A model generated the notes under the pieces. It had not been told where the DNA came from and made no database searches. It saw nothing but the letters and a program-made list of their open reading frames with translations. A stretch of DNA of 64,000 nt from an uncultured Collinsella sp. (GTDB taxonomy: Bacteria > Actinomycetota > Coriobacteriia > Coriobacteriales > Coriobacteriaceae), in contig CAAEBN010000017.1 of NCBI GenBank assembly GCA_900754075.1, positions 10,688 to 74,687 on the forward strand, given 5' to 3'. Numbering within the stretch: position 1 is the stretch's first letter; each line of letters starts with the position of its first letter. The translations under genes and the position numbers were made by a program. This document shows positions 16,744 through 27,606 of this stretch, piece after piece.

Positions 16744-18621
16744 TTGCGCGTTCCATACCAAGACTGTTTTCATCTGATCGAGCCGCTGCTCGCCAAGGTC
16801 GAAAAGCCGAGTCGCTATATCGACCACGAGTGGGGCACGCTGTCAAAGGCCGATGCCGACTATCGCTGCTGCATGATCTATCCGGACGTGTATGAGGTCG
16901 GTCTGCCCAACCAGGGCATCGCCATTCTCTACAACATCCTTAATCAGGCCGAGGGCATTTCCTGCGAGCGCGGCTACGTGCCTTGGCCCGATATGGGCGA
17001 TGCCATGCGCGAGGCGGGGATTCCGCTGCTGTCGCTCGAGGGTGCAGCGCCTGTGGCCTCGTTCGACATTGTCGGCATGCACGTGCCGCACGAGATGGCT
17101 GTGACGAACTTCCTCGAAGCGCTCGATCTCGCCGGCATTCCGCTGTTGGCTGCCGACCGCACCGAGGACGACCCCATCATCGTCGCCGGTGGTCCCTCGG
17201 TGTATAACCCCGAGCCGTACGCGGCATTTTTCGATGCCATTCTCATTGGCGAGGGCGAGGAGTCGCTGCTTGAGATCTGCCAGCTGCATCGCCGCTTGCG
17301 CGACAAGGGTGTCTCGCGCGCTCAGATTGTCGAGCAGCTCGCGACGGTCGGCGGTACCTATGTGCCGTCCCTGTATGAGGTGCGTCATGACGAGCCCTGC
17401 TCGCCGCATGGCTACACCGTGCCGCGCGAGGGCAAGGACGTCCCGCCGGTAGTCTACAAGCGAGTCGTCGAGGACTTTGGTGCCACCAATCCGCTTTCTC
17501 AGTCGTGCGTGCCGTATGCGCAGCTCGTCCACGATCGCCTGTCTATCGAGATCCTGCGTGGCTGCGCCCGCGGCTGCCGTTTTTGCCAGGCGGGCATGAC
17601 GTATCGTCCGGTACGCGAGCGCTCGGCCGACCAGATCGTGTCATCGGTGATTCAGGGCTTGGAAAAGACTGGCTATGACGAGGTGTCGCTTACCTCGCTT
17701 TCGACGACCGACCACTCCTGTATCCGCGACGTACTCGGTCGCCTTAACCGCCGTCTGGAAGATACGGGCATTCGCGTGTCCATTCCCTCGCAGCGCTTGG
17801 ACTCGTTTGGCGTTGATATGGCCGAGTCGGTCGCCGGCGAAAAGAAGGGCGGCCTGACATTCGCGCCCGAGGCGGGCAGCCAGCGTATGCGCGACATCAT
17901 CAACAAGAACGTGACCGAGGAGGACTTGGATCGCGCGGCCAAGGCAGCCTTCGAGGCCGGCTGGAACCGCATGAAGCTCTACTTCATGATGGGTCTTCCC
18001 GGCGAGCGCGACGAGGACATCGTGGCTATCGCCAACCTGGCCGATCATGTGCTGGAGCTCGGCCGCTCCGTGGTGCCCAAGGCGCGCCGCGGGTCTATCT
18101 CGGTGTCTATCTCTGTTTCGGTCTTTATCCCCAAGGCGGCAACACCTTTCCAGTGGTGCCCGCAGCTCGATTACGACGACGTCAAGCGCCGCCAAAAGCT
18201 GCTCATCACGAGCGTGCGTAACCGCGCCGTACGCGTGCATTACCACGATGCCGAGACCTCGCTTGTCGAGGCTGCGCTCTCCCGTGCCGGTCGCGATATG
18301 ACGCCGGTCATCATCGACGCCTGGCGTGCGGGCTCGCGCTTCGACGCCTGGGTGGAGCACTTCTCGCTCGACAATTGGAAGTCAGCCGCTGCCAAAAACG
18401 GCATCGACCTCAACGAGCTGGTGCACCTGCCCTACGAGTTGGACTGGCGCCTGCCCTGGGAGCACGTGAGCCCCGGCTGCTCGCGCGGCTTCCTCGAGCG
18501 CGAATACCGCCGTTCGCTCGAGGGCGTCACGACGCCCGATTGCACCCGCACGTCGTGCACCGGCTGCGGAATCTGTCCCACGCTCCACGCCAAGAACGTA
18601 TTGATGGGTGATCGCGCATGA
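16744..18621 (+). CDS. radical SAM protein, TIGR03960-like (uncharacterised family)
   Basis: CxxxCxxC motif CARGCRFC; N-terminal B12-binding-like/Rossmann domain; 625 aa. Confidence 0.8.
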   Translation: MRVPYQDCFHLIEPLLAKVEKPSRYIDHEWGTLSKADADYRCCMIYPDVYEVGLPNQGIAILYNILNQAEGISCERGYVPWPDMGDAMREAGIPLLSLEGAAPVASFDIVGMHVPHEMAVTNFLEALDLAGIPLLAADRTEDDPIIVAGGPSVYNPEPYAAFFDAILIGEGEESLLEICQLHRRLRDKGVSRAQIVEQLATVGGTYVPSLYEVRHDEPCSPHGYTVPREGKDVPPVVYKRVVEDFGATNPLSQSCVPYAQLVHDRLSIEILRGCARGCRFCQAGMTYRPVRERSADQIVSSVIQGLEKTGYDEVSLTSLSTTDHSCIRDVLGRLNRRLEDTGIRVSIPSQRLDSFGVDMAESVAGEKKGGLTFAPEAGSQRMRDIINKNVTEEDLDRAAKAAFEAGWNRMKLYFMMGLPGERDEDIVAIANLADHVLELGRSVVPKARRGSISVSISVSVFIPKAATPFQWCPQLDYDDVKRRQKLLITSVRNRAVRVHYHDAETSLVEAALSRAGRDMTPVIIDAWRAGSRFDAWVEHFSLDNWKSAAAKNGIDLNELVHLPYELDWRLPWEHVSPGCSRGFLEREYRRSLEGVTTPDCTRTSCTGCGICPTLHAKNVLMGDRA

Positions 18622-19430
18622 GTGAGCGCTTGACCGACAATCCCACGCTCTTTAGGCTGCGCGTTCGCTACGGCAAGCGTGATCGCCTTAAGTACTTGGG
18701 CCATCTGGAACTAATCCATACCATTGAGCGCATCGTGCGCCGTGCGGGCCTGCCCTATGCCGTGACGCAGGGTTTCTCGCCGCATATGCGCGTGGGCTTT
18801 TCGTCGGCGCTGCCCGTGGGCACGTCGTCGACCTGCGAGTGGTATGACCTGTTTATGACCGAGTTCGTCGCGCTTGATGAGGCCTTTGAGCGCCTGGCGT
18901 CTGCGTCGCCTGCCGATCTGGCGCCTATCGAGGCTGCCTACATCGACGTGCGCACGCCGGCGTTGACGGCTCAGCTTACGCGTCTGTCGTACCGCATCGA
19001 CTTGCACCTGGACCCCGAGGCCCCCGTGAGCGCCGACGAGGTTCGCGCTGCGATCGACACGCTGCGCGCGGGTCACGGCATCGACTACGCGCGTGGAAAA
19101 AAGAGCAAGCGTCTTGATCTGGACCATACGCTCGTTGGCTATGAGCTCGCGGCGGGGGAGCGTGAGGACCATCTGGTGCTCATGCTCGACACCCATGCCG
19201 ACAACGAGGGCTCCATGCGTCCGGAGATTTTGCTTTCTGCTGCTGATGTTTTGTTGCAGGGCTTGACCCCGGGCGTCGATGCACCTATTGTTTCCACCGG
19301 TATGCAAGACCTCGTGACCATCTGCTCCTACGATGTCGAGCGTCAGAATCAAGCATGCGAGGACGACGAGGGCCGACTCGTCAGCCCCATACCTGTGCGA
19401 ACTTGTGGATTTGCTCCACATACTCGTTGA
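18618..19430 (+). CDS. radical-SAM-associated protein, TIGR03936/DUF2344-like
   Basis: …FRLRVRYGKRDRLKYLGHLELIHTIERIVRRAGLPYAVTQGFSPHMRVGF… matches the DUF2344 partner of TIGR03960. Start ATG overlaps the upstream stop (ATGA). Confidence 0.75.
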   Translation: MSERLTDNPTLFRLRVRYGKRDRLKYLGHLELIHTIERIVRRAGLPYAVTQGFSPHMRVGFSSALPVGTSSTCEWYDLFMTEFVALDEAFERLASASPADLAPIEAAYIDVRTPALTAQLTRLSYRIDLHLDPEAPVSADEVRAAIDTLRAGHGIDYARGKKSKRLDLDHTLVGYELAAGEREDHLVLMLDTHADNEGSMRPEILLSAADVLLQGLTPGVDAPIVSTGMQDLVTICSYDVERQNQACEDDEGRLVSPIPVRTCGFAPHTR

Positions 19431-19455
19431 CGGGGGTATTATCGCCTGCTACTAT
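19427..19455 (+). promoter_or_regulatory. sigma-70-like promoter for rplU-rpmA (TTGACG-17 nt-TACTAT)
   Basis: -35 TTGACG at 19427-19432, 17-nt spacer, -10 TACTAT at 19450-19455. Located at the very end of the preceding CDS. Confidence 0.5.
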
Positions 19456-19497
19456 ATTCGGCTGTTGCACTAACTGATGCATGAAGGGCAAGTAAAC

Positions 19498-19872
19498 ATG
19501 TACGCAATCGTTAACACGGGCGGCAAGCAGTACAAGGTCGCCACCGACGATGTCATCACCGTCGAGAAGATCGAGGGCAATGAGGGCGACAAGGTCACCC
19601 TGCCGGTCATCTTCCTCAACGATGGTAAGAAGATCGTCACCGATCCCGACAAGCTGGCCAAGGCCAAGGTTACCGCTCAGATCGTTGAGCAGTTCAAGGG
19701 CGAGAAGCAGCTGGTCTTCAAGTTCCACAAGCGTAAGCGCTATCGTCGTCTGAAGGGTCACCGTCAGCAGCTCACCAAGCTGAAGATCGTGAAGGTCCAG
19801 GCTACGTCCCGCGCCAAGAAGGCTGTCAAGGCAGAGGCCGAGGCTGTTGCCGAGGCTCCCGTCGCCGAGTAG
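19498..19872 (+). CDS. rplU: 50S ribosomal protein L21
   Basis: MYAIVNTGGKQYKV… L21 signature; has an Ala/Lys/Glu-rich C-terminal extension. Confidence 0.95.
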   Translation: MYAIVNTGGKQYKVATDDVITVEKIEGNEGDKVTLPVIFLNDGKKIVTDPDKLAKAKVTAQIVEQFKGEKQLVFKFHKRKRYRRLKGHRQQLTKLKIVKVQATSRAKKAVKAEAEAVAEAPVAE

Positions 19873-19905
19873 ATTACACTCGTAACGAAAGAGTAGGTAT
19901 ACACA

Positions 19906-20163
19906 ATGGCACACAAAAAAGGACTCGGTTCCTCCCGTAATGGCCGTGACTCCCGCGGTCAGCGCCTTGGCACGAAGCGCTTCGCCGGCCAGACGGTAAC
20001 CACGGGCACGATTCTCGTCCGTCAGCACGGCACGCACATCCACCCGGGTGAGAACGTTGGCCGTGGCAAGGACGACACGCTGTTCGCGCTGGTCGACGGT
20101 ACCGTTGAGTTCCACAAGGGTATCAAGCACAGGGTCAGCGTACGCCCGCTCGCGAACGCGTAA
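19906..20163 (+). CDS. rpmA: 50S ribosomal protein L27
   Basis: [22 protein letters not shown]… L27 signature. Confidence 0.95.
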   Translation: MAHKKGLGSSRNGRDSRGQRLGTKRFAGQTVTTGTILVRQHGTHIHPGENVGRGKDDTLFALVDGTVEFHKGIKHRVSVRPLANA

Positions 20164-20235
20164 TTCACCCTTCATAGAGCACATATGTGGGAGGCACTTG
20201 AGTTTTAGGATTCAAGGGTCTCCCTCTTTTTGTAG

Positions 20236-21714
<1,479 letters not shown>

Positions 21715-21717
21715 GTT

Positions 21718-22395
21718 ATGTCGCTGCGCGGTGGAATTGGTCTTCCTGAGCTGCCTATCAAGGATGGGCAGGAGTTTCGGCTTGGCATTATGGGTGGCAC
21801 CTTCGACCCGATTCATTACGGGCACTTGGTTACCGCCGAGCAGGCGCGCGAGTCGCTCGACTTGGACGCCGTGCTCTTTATGCCGGCCGGCTCTCCAGCC
21901 TTTAAGCTCGACAAACCGGTGACGCCTGCCGAGGACCGTTATGCCATGACGGTCCTCGCCACCGCCGCGAATCCGGCTTTCTTGGCGAGCCGTTTCGAGA
22001 TCGATCGTCAGGGCGTGACCTATACGGCCGATACGCTTCATGCCCTTCGCGACTTTTACCCGCCTCAGGTAAAGCTCTACTTTATTACGGGCGCCGACGC
22101 GATTATCGATATTGTGACCTGGCATGATGCCGAACGAATAGCTGAGCTTGCTACCTTTATTGCGGCGACGCGACCGGGCTTTGATATCGATACAGCGCGT
22201 GCCCGAATTAAAGAGTCGGGACTGCCATTCGACGTGCGCTATATTCAGATTCCGGCGCTGGCGATCAGCTCGACGAACATTCGTAAGCGAGTTGCCCGCG
22301 GCATGAGCGTGCGCTATCTTACGAGCGAGTCCGTGCTCGGCTACATTCGCAAACGCAGGCTATATGCCGATTTGGGCCAAGAAGATTTTGAGTGA
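21718..22395 (+). CDS. nadD: nicotinate-nucleotide adenylyltransferase
   Basis: GIMGGTFDPIHYGHL (H/TxGH motif). Lies downstream of obg. Confidence 0.9.
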   Translation: MSLRGGIGLPELPIKDGQEFRLGIMGGTFDPIHYGHLVTAEQARESLDLDAVLFMPAGSPAFKLDKPVTPAEDRYAMTVLATAANPAFLASRFEIDRQGVTYTADTLHALRDFYPPQVKLYFITGADAIIDIVTWHDAERIAELATFIAATRPGFDIDTARARIKESGLPFDVRYIQIPALAISSTNIRKRVARGMSVRYLTSESVLGYIRKRRLYADLGQEDFE

Positions 22396-22407
22396 TGGGG
22401 GTCTACG

Positions 22408-23031
22408 TTGTCGGTAGAGGATCAGTTTGAGGGCGATGAGCGCGCATTGTTGACGCGTATCCACGAGTTGCTCGATGTGCGCATGAAGGATAAACGTAAG
22501 CGCTACGTTCATTCGCTCGGGGTTGCCGAGACTGCACTGCACCTAGCCGAGGTATACGGTGTCGACCGCTTTGATGCCGCTGCCGCCGGCCTGATCCATG
22601 ACTGGGACAAGGTGCTCTCCGACGACGAGCTGGTCACGCGCGCTCTGCATTATGGCATTAAGATTGCCGGCTCTCCGTCTGCCGCGACGCCGCTTTTACA
22701 TGGCCCGGTTGCCGCCTATGAGCTTCCGCAGCTTTTTCCCGAGCTGTCGCCGGCCGTTTTCCAGGCTGTCGACCGTCACACCGTGGGTGCCTGCGACATG
22801 ACGCCGCTCGATATGGTGGTCTTTGTGGCCGATGCCATCGAGCCCAACCGCCACGGCGACTATGCCCATGCGCTGCGCAAGATGGTGGGGGAGTCGACGC
22901 TCGACGAGTTGTTCTTCTCCTGTTTTGCGCAGGGTCTGGTCTATGTGATCCAGTCCGGGCGCTATCTTTATCCCACGGCTATTTCGATTTACAACCATTA
23001 CGCCCAGCTTGCGCTAGCTCGGGCTGTCTAG
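22408..23031 (+). CDS. yqeK: HD-domain bis(5'-nucleosyl)-tetraphosphatase YqeK
   Basis: HD motif (…HSLGVAETAL…LIHDWDK…) in the conserved nadD-yqeK-rsfS order. Confidence 0.8.
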   Translation: MSVEDQFEGDERALLTRIHELLDVRMKDKRKRYVHSLGVAETALHLAEVYGVDRFDAAAAGLIHDWDKVLSDDELVTRALHYGIKIAGSPSAATPLLHGPVAAYELPQLFPELSPAVFQAVDRHTVGACDMTPLDMVVFVADAIEPNRHGDYAHALRKMVGESTLDELFFSCFAQGLVYVIQSGRYLYPTAISIYNHYAQLALARAV

Positions 23032-23044
23032 AAAGAGGTATTCC

Positions 23045-23500
23045 ATGGCCGACGAGACCATGACCGACGAGCAGATTCTTGAAGGTGTGGAGCACAAGAG
23101 CTTCGTCGCTACGTCCGACCGCACCGCCGCCTCGCTGTCCGCGAGCGGTGTCGCCGCCGAGGATGTCGCCCGCGCCGCCGCGCAGGCCGCCTACGACAAG
23201 AAGGGCGAGGACGTTCAGGTGCTCGACCTGACCGAGCTTTCCGACGTATGCGACTACTTTGTGCTTGCCACCGGTACCAATAACCGTCAGGTCGATTCGA
23301 TCGTCGACGAGATCGAGGAGAAGGTCGCCGAGGCTTGCGGTGAGCACCCGTTCTCCATCGAGGGCCGTGAGCAGAAGACCTGGATGCTCATGGACTACGG
23401 CTCGGTCGTCGTCCACGTCTTCACCCCCGAGGCACGTGACTTCTACCGTCTCGAGAAGCTCTGGGGCGACGCTCCCCAGCTTCCCCTCAATCTCCTCTAG
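23045..23500 (+). CDS. rsfS: ribosomal silencing factor RsfS (Iojap)
   Basis: …DYFVLATGTNNRQVDSIVDEIEE…WMLMDYGSVVVHVFTPEARDFYRLEKLW Iojap signature. Confidence 0.9.
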   Translation: MADETMTDEQILEGVEHKSFVATSDRTAASLSASGVAAEDVARAAAQAAYDKKGEDVQVLDLTELSDVCDYFVLATGTNNRQVDSIVDEIEEKVAEACGEHPFSIEGREQKTWMLMDYGSVVVHVFTPEARDFYRLEKLWGDAPQLPLNLL

Positions 23501-23546
23501 GACCTTATTTGGTCTGGGGCTTCTCTAGAGCTTCCCTCTACCGTTC

Positions 23547-23589
23547 GCCGGGCAGTTGCGGTTTTCCGCACCTGCCCGGCTTTCTTTTT
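23547..23589 (+). terminator. intrinsic terminator after rsfS (15-bp stem, TTTT loop, TTTCTTTTT tail)
   Basis: GCCGGGCAGTTGCGG-TTTT-CCGCACCTGCCCGGC followed by TTTCTTTTTG. The same hairpin lies 12 nt beyond the convergent dinB stop. Confidence 0.7.
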
Positions 23590-23601
23590 GCCCAAAGGCG
23601 G

Positions 23602-24855
23602 TTAATCGTTGAAGCGGGATTGGCGGCCGAAGGATAGGGCGGTATCGCCGAACTTGTCTCGGACGGCGTCGATGGCGACGGAGAGGTTGCGACGGTCGCT
23701 GGATTGGGCTCCGCGGTCGTCGACTTCGCAGAACAGGTCGGTCTGGATGCCGCCCTGATGATCGAAGTCGCTCATGCCGATGCCCGCCAGGCGCACATGC
23801 ATGCCTTCCTGCCAGATGTTGTCGAGCAACTCGAGCGCCACCGCTACAAAGATGTTCTCATCGTCGGTCGGATGCGGCAGCCGGCGCTGTGCCGTGCGTC
23901 CGCTGCCGTAAGAGTATTTGAGCTTGAGCGTCACCGTGGCGCCCGTCAGCCCCTGACGGCGCAGGCGGCGCCCAACCGACTCGCCCAGCAGCGCAATCGC
24001 CGCCTCGATATCCCCACGCTCAGTCAAATCCTTCGCAAAGGTGCGCTCATTGCTCACCGATTTAACTTCACGTTCGTCATCCAGGCTGGTGACCTCGGAT
24101 ACTTCGAGCCCCAAAGCACGCTGACGCATGCGCTCGCCATTCACGCCAAAAATTGCAGCCAGGGTGGAATCTGGCGCGCGTGAAAGCTCGCCGAGTGTAT
24201 AGATGCGCATGCGACGCAGTCGCTCCTCGGCCGAACGCCCGATTCCGCTCATGGCGGACACGGGCAGCGCGGCCAAAAACCGCTGCTCCGTACCAGGGCG
24301 CACAATGGTCAGACCAAACGGCTTGTCGCGCTCGCTTGCGATTTTGGCCACGGTCTTGTTGCAGCCCACGCCAATTGAGCACGTCACTCCCAGCGCTGCC
24401 ACGCGGTCGCTTATGCGCCGCGCAACCAGCAGCGGGTCTTCGGGCGCGAACCGGCCCGGCGTAATATCGATAAAGGCCTCGTCGATGGACACACGCTCCA
24501 CGCGCGGTGTCTCGTCGGCGAGAATCGCCATGACCTGCGCGCTCACCTCACGGTAGCGATCGAAGTGTCCGTGCGTCCAAATGGCCTGCGGGCACAGGCG
24601 CCGCGCCTCGGCTGAGGCCATGGCAGAATGCACGCCAAAGCGACGTGCCTCGTATGAACATGTGGACACGACGCCGCGTGACTCGGCGTCTCCACCCACG
24701 ATGAGCGGCTTGCCGCGCCACTCGGGATGATCGAGCATCTCCACGCTCGCAAAAAATGCATCAAGGTCCATCAGGCCCACCGCCGGACCCGTCCAGGGCG
24801 GCGGCGTGACGCCCGCAGCATCCTCATAACCGTATGTATGTTCGCGTCTTTCCAT
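23602..24855 (-). CDS. dinB: DNA polymerase IV (Y-family)
   Basis: …MDLDAFFASVE…GKPLIVGG…STCSYEARRFGV… Y-family polymerase motifs. The first 28 aa of the ORF may be an over-extension; an alternative start is ATG 24771..24769 (MDLDAFF). Confidence 0.9.
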   Translation of the reverse strand: MERREHTYGYEDAAGVTPPPWTGPAVGLMDLDAFFASVEMLDHPEWRGKPLIVGGDAESRGVVSTCSYEARRFGVHSAMASAEARRLCPQAIWTHGHFDRYREVSAQVMAILADETPRVERVSIDEAFIDITPGRFAPEDPLLVARRISDRVAALGVTCSIGVGCNKTVAKIASERDKPFGLTIVRPGTEQRFLAALPVSAMSGIGRSAEERLRRMRIYTLGELSRAPDSTLAAIFGVNGERMRQRALGLEVSEVTSLDDEREVKSVSNERTFAKDLTERGDIEAAIALLGESVGRRLRRQGLTGATVTLKLKYSYGSGRTAQRRLPHPTDDENIFVAVALELLDNIWQEGMHVRLAGIGMSDFDHQGGIQTDLFCEVDDRGAQSSDRRNLSVAIDAVRDKFGDTALSFGRQSRFND

Positions 24856-25056
24856 GTCATGAGTATATCGCGCAGCTCATGTGGGGTGCGTGGATGTGCT
24901 TGCAAATCGCGAATTCTTGTCTAAGATATGGATTTGCCCTCGACTACACCGAAGAAGTTGGTCTCACGGACTTCACCTGCCCGCGTCGATGGCGTATTAT
25001 GTTCAACTGTTTGTTTGTAGTTGCAGCCTAAAGCTGCTTGGTTGGAGGAGTTTCCT

Positions 25057-25398
25057 TTGGCAGTCAAGATTCGCCTTGCTCGTCACGGCGCTAAGAAGCG
25101 TCCGTACTACCGTGTCGTCGTCGCCGATTCCCGCGCCCCGCGTGACGGTCGTATCATCGAGGAGGTTGGCCGCTACAACCCGATGACCGCCCCCAAGACC
25201 ATCAACCTCGACCTCGAGAAGATCGCTGACTGGCAGTCCAAGGGCGCTCAGCTCACCGACGCCGTCGCTGCTCTGGTCAAGGCCGCCAACGAGGGCGAGA
25301 AGACCGAGACCGTCGTCAAGAAGTCCAAGAAGCAGCTCGCCAAAGAGGCCGAGGCCGCTAAGGCTGCCGCTGAGGCCGCTGAGGGCGCCGAGGAGTAA
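25057..25398 (+). CDS. rpsP: 30S ribosomal protein S16
   Basis: (M)[31 protein letters not shown]… TTG start 25057 follows GGAGGAG; the ORF-track start at 25021 is an upstream extension. Has a Lys/Ala/Glu-rich C-terminal tail. Confidence 0.9.
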   Translation: MAVKIRLARHGAKKRPYYRVVVADSRAPRDGRIIEEVGRYNPMTAPKTINLDLEKIADWQSKGAQLTDAVAALVKAANEGEKTETVVKKSKKQLAKEAEAAKAAAEAAEGAEE

Positions 25399-25401
25399 AT
25401 C

Positions 25402-25686
25402 GTGCCTGAGGTTGACGCTGCACAGCTCGAGGGTGAGGCAATGCTCTCAGATCGCATCGCCGATCTCGTCGAATATCTCGTTGTTCAGATCGTCGACGAC
25501 CCGGATTCCGTGAGCCTCGAGGTCATCGATGGTGACGACGCCTCCACGATTGAGGTTTCGGTTGCCGAGGATGACGTCGCTAAGGTCATCGGCCGTCGTG
25601 GCCGTACCATCAAGGCCATTCGCACGCTCGCCCGTGCACTGGCCGCTCGCCTCGACACCGCTGTCGAGGTAGAGGTTCTGGGCTAG
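25402..25686 (+). CDS. KH-domain RNA-binding protein (UPF0109/YlqC-like)
   Basis: …VAKVIGRRGRTIKAIRTLARAL… KH GxxG motif. GTG 25402 follows GAGGAG; ATG 25441 is an alternative start. Confidence 0.8.
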   Translation: MPEVDAAQLEGEAMLSDRIADLVEYLVVQIVDDPDSVSLEVIDGDDASTIEVSVAEDDVAKVIGRRGRTIKAIRTLARALAARLDTAVEVEVLG

Positions 25687-25690
25687 GACC

Positions 25691-26212
25691 TTGAGGTCCC
25701 AGTACAAAAACATCGCCCGTGTGGTCAAGCCGCACGGAAGGAAGGGGGAGGTCCTCGCGCAGCCGCTGCGGGGGCTTCCTTCTGTATTGGAGCCGGGTAT
25801 GCGTGTCGCCTTGACGCCGCCGGCGCTCAAGCGCGACCGTTTTTGCACGGTCGTGTCCGTCACCGATACGGGCGATGGCGATCTGGTCTCGTTTGAGGGC
25901 ATAGACGACTTGACGGCCGCCGAGGGCATCACCGGATGCTATGTGCTGGCCAATCGTGACGACTTCGAGCTCGATTCGCTCGACGCCGCCTATACCGACC
26001 TCATGGGTCGCGAGGTGACCGACGAGCGCTTTGGCTCGCTCGGCACGATTGTCGAGATCATGTCGACGCCCGCCAACGATGTTTGGGTTGTCGAGGGCGA
26101 TCGGTACGGCGAGGTGCTGATTCCCGTGGTCGAGCAGGTTGTGCTCGATCTTCCCGACACAGGAACAATTTCCGTCCACGTTATGGACGGCTTGATCGAT
26201 ATGGACAAGTAG
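25691..26212 (+). CDS. rimM: 16S rRNA processing protein RimM
   Basis: …ARVVKPHGRKGEV… plus a PRC-barrel C-terminus, in the conserved rpsP-KH-rimM-trmD order. Confidence 0.85.
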   Translation: MRSQYKNIARVVKPHGRKGEVLAQPLRGLPSVLEPGMRVALTPPALKRDRFCTVVSVTDTGDGDLVSFEGIDDLTAAEGITGCYVLANRDDFELDSLDAAYTDLMGREVTDERFGSLGTIVEIMSTPANDVWVVEGDRYGEVLIPVVEQVVLDLPDTGTISVHVMDGLIDMDK

Positions 26213-26222
26213 GGAGGACAGC

Positions 26223-26981
26223 ATGCTGATTGAGACCCTTTCGGTCTTTCCCGAGATGTTTGAGCCCGTCATGTCCACGTCGATTTTGGGCCGCGCCCGC
26301 AAGGCCGGCCTTTTTGATTTTAAGGCGTATAACCTGCGCGACTGGACGCACGACCGCCATCGCACCGTCGATGACGAGCCGTACGGCGGTGGGCAGGGCA
26401 TGCTCATGAAGGTCGAGCCCATTGCCGAGGCAATCGAGGCCATCAGCTCCGAGGGTCCCAAGCCCACCGTGGTGTTCTTCACCCCCTGCGGCGAGCCCTT
26501 TACGCAGCATGTGGCCGAGCGCCTGCTCAAAAGTGAGCGCCTGCTGTTTGTGTGCAGCCGTTACGAGGGCGTCGACGAGCGCGCCTATGCGTATGCCGAT
26601 GAGCGTCTGTCGATCGGCGACTACGTGCTCACGGGCGGCGAGCTGCCCGCTATGGTCGTAGCCGATGCCGTCGTACGGCTCATTCCCGGTGCCCTTGGTG
26701 ACGAGATGAGCAACGTGGACGAGTCCTTCTCGACCGCCGAGGACGGTGGCCTGCTCGAGTACGCGCAGTACACCCGCCCCGCCGAGTTTAATGGCGAGGG
26801 CGTGCCTCCAGTGCTCGTAAGCGGCGACCACGCCAAGGTCGATGCCTGGCGTCGCAAAAACGCCATCGAGCGTACCTGTCGTTGGCGTCCCGATCTTATC
26901 GAGACGGCACACCTTACGGCCGAGGAGCGCGCATACGCGCAGGAGATTCTGGACGCATCGTATTCGCAGGGCGAGGAGTGA
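26223..26981 (+). CDS. trmD: tRNA (guanine37-N1)-methyltransferase
   Basis: SPOUT-fold TrmD signatures (…SIGDYVLTGGELPAMVVADAVVRLIPGALGDEMS…). Confidence 0.95.
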   Translation: MLIETLSVFPEMFEPVMSTSILGRARKAGLFDFKAYNLRDWTHDRHRTVDDEPYGGGQGMLMKVEPIAEAIEAISSEGPKPTVVFFTPCGEPFTQHVAERLLKSERLLFVCSRYEGVDERAYAYADERLSIGDYVLTGGELPAMVVADAVVRLIPGALGDEMSNVDESFSTAEDGGLLEYAQYTRPAEFNGEGVPPVLVSGDHAKVDAWRRKNAIERTCRWRPDLIETAHLTAEERAYAQEILDASYSQGEE

Positions 26982-26983
26982 GA

Positions 26984-27547
26984 ATGGTTCCATCGCAGCA
27001 TTCTGCCCTGAGGGGCGCCTTTGAGTGGATCGTAATCGTTGCGATCGCACTGGTCGCCACCTTCTTGATTCGCTCGTTTGTGGTCGAACCCTTTGTGGTG
27101 CCTACCGGTTCCATGGAGTCCACGATCGAGATCGGAGACCAGATCCTGGCGCAAAAGGTGAGCCTCGAGCTTGGGCAGCCCGTCAAACAGGGCGATATCG
27201 TGGTGTTCCACAACCCCGATGCCACGTCCGAGCATGATGTGCTGGTAAAGCGCGTCATCGCCACGGCCGGTCAGACGGTCGATCTGCAGGACGGCAAGGT
27301 CGTCGTCGATGGCCAGGCGCTCGACGAGGACTATACGACTGGCATTAGCTGGCCGCTTTCGGTCCAAGCCCCCGGCGCTCAGGTGAGCTATCCCTACACC
27401 GTCCCTGACGACTGTGTGTGGGTGATGGGCGACAACCGCGAGAACTCTGCTGACTCCCGCTACTTTGGCCCGGTCGACCGCTCCGACTTGATCGCCGTGG
27501 CGCTTGTGCGCTACTGGCCGCTTAACCGTATCGGCGCTATCGATTAA
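26984..27547 (+). CDS. lepB: signal peptidase I
   Basis: TM anchor then catalytic SM motif (PTGSMESTI), K region (VKRVIA) and GDNRENSADSRYFG box. ATG 26984 follows GAGGAG, 2 nt after the trmD stop; the ORF-track start at 26882 overlaps trmD and is an artefact. Confidence 0.9.
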   Translation: MVPSQHSALRGAFEWIVIVAIALVATFLIRSFVVEPFVVPTGSMESTIEIGDQILAQKVSLELGQPVKQGDIVVFHNPDATSEHDVLVKRVIATAGQTVDLQDGKVVVDGQALDEDYTTGISWPLSVQAPGAQVSYPYTVPDDCVWVMGDNRENSADSRYFGPVDRSDLIAVALVRYWPLNRIGAID

Positions 27548-27606
27548 AAACCGCTATAGTACAGTACCTAACCGTGTAATCGTTTCGACGAGGGGATATT
27601 AGAGGC

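Noticed and set aside
15595-16827. 410-aa ORF on the - strand
   Set aside because: Antisense to the hypothetical gene at 15805-16734 and the rodA 3' end. The + strand ORFs have proper SD sequences and operon context.
26882-26983. Upstream extension of lepB overlapping trmD
   Set aside because: The signal peptidase TM/catalytic region starts after ATG 26984, which has a strong SD. The extension is Arg/Gly-rich filler.
27548-27606. Possible T-box leader upstream of glyQ
   Set aside because: The intergenic region is only ~60 nt, too short for a T-box riboswitch. No specifier or T-box consensus was seen.
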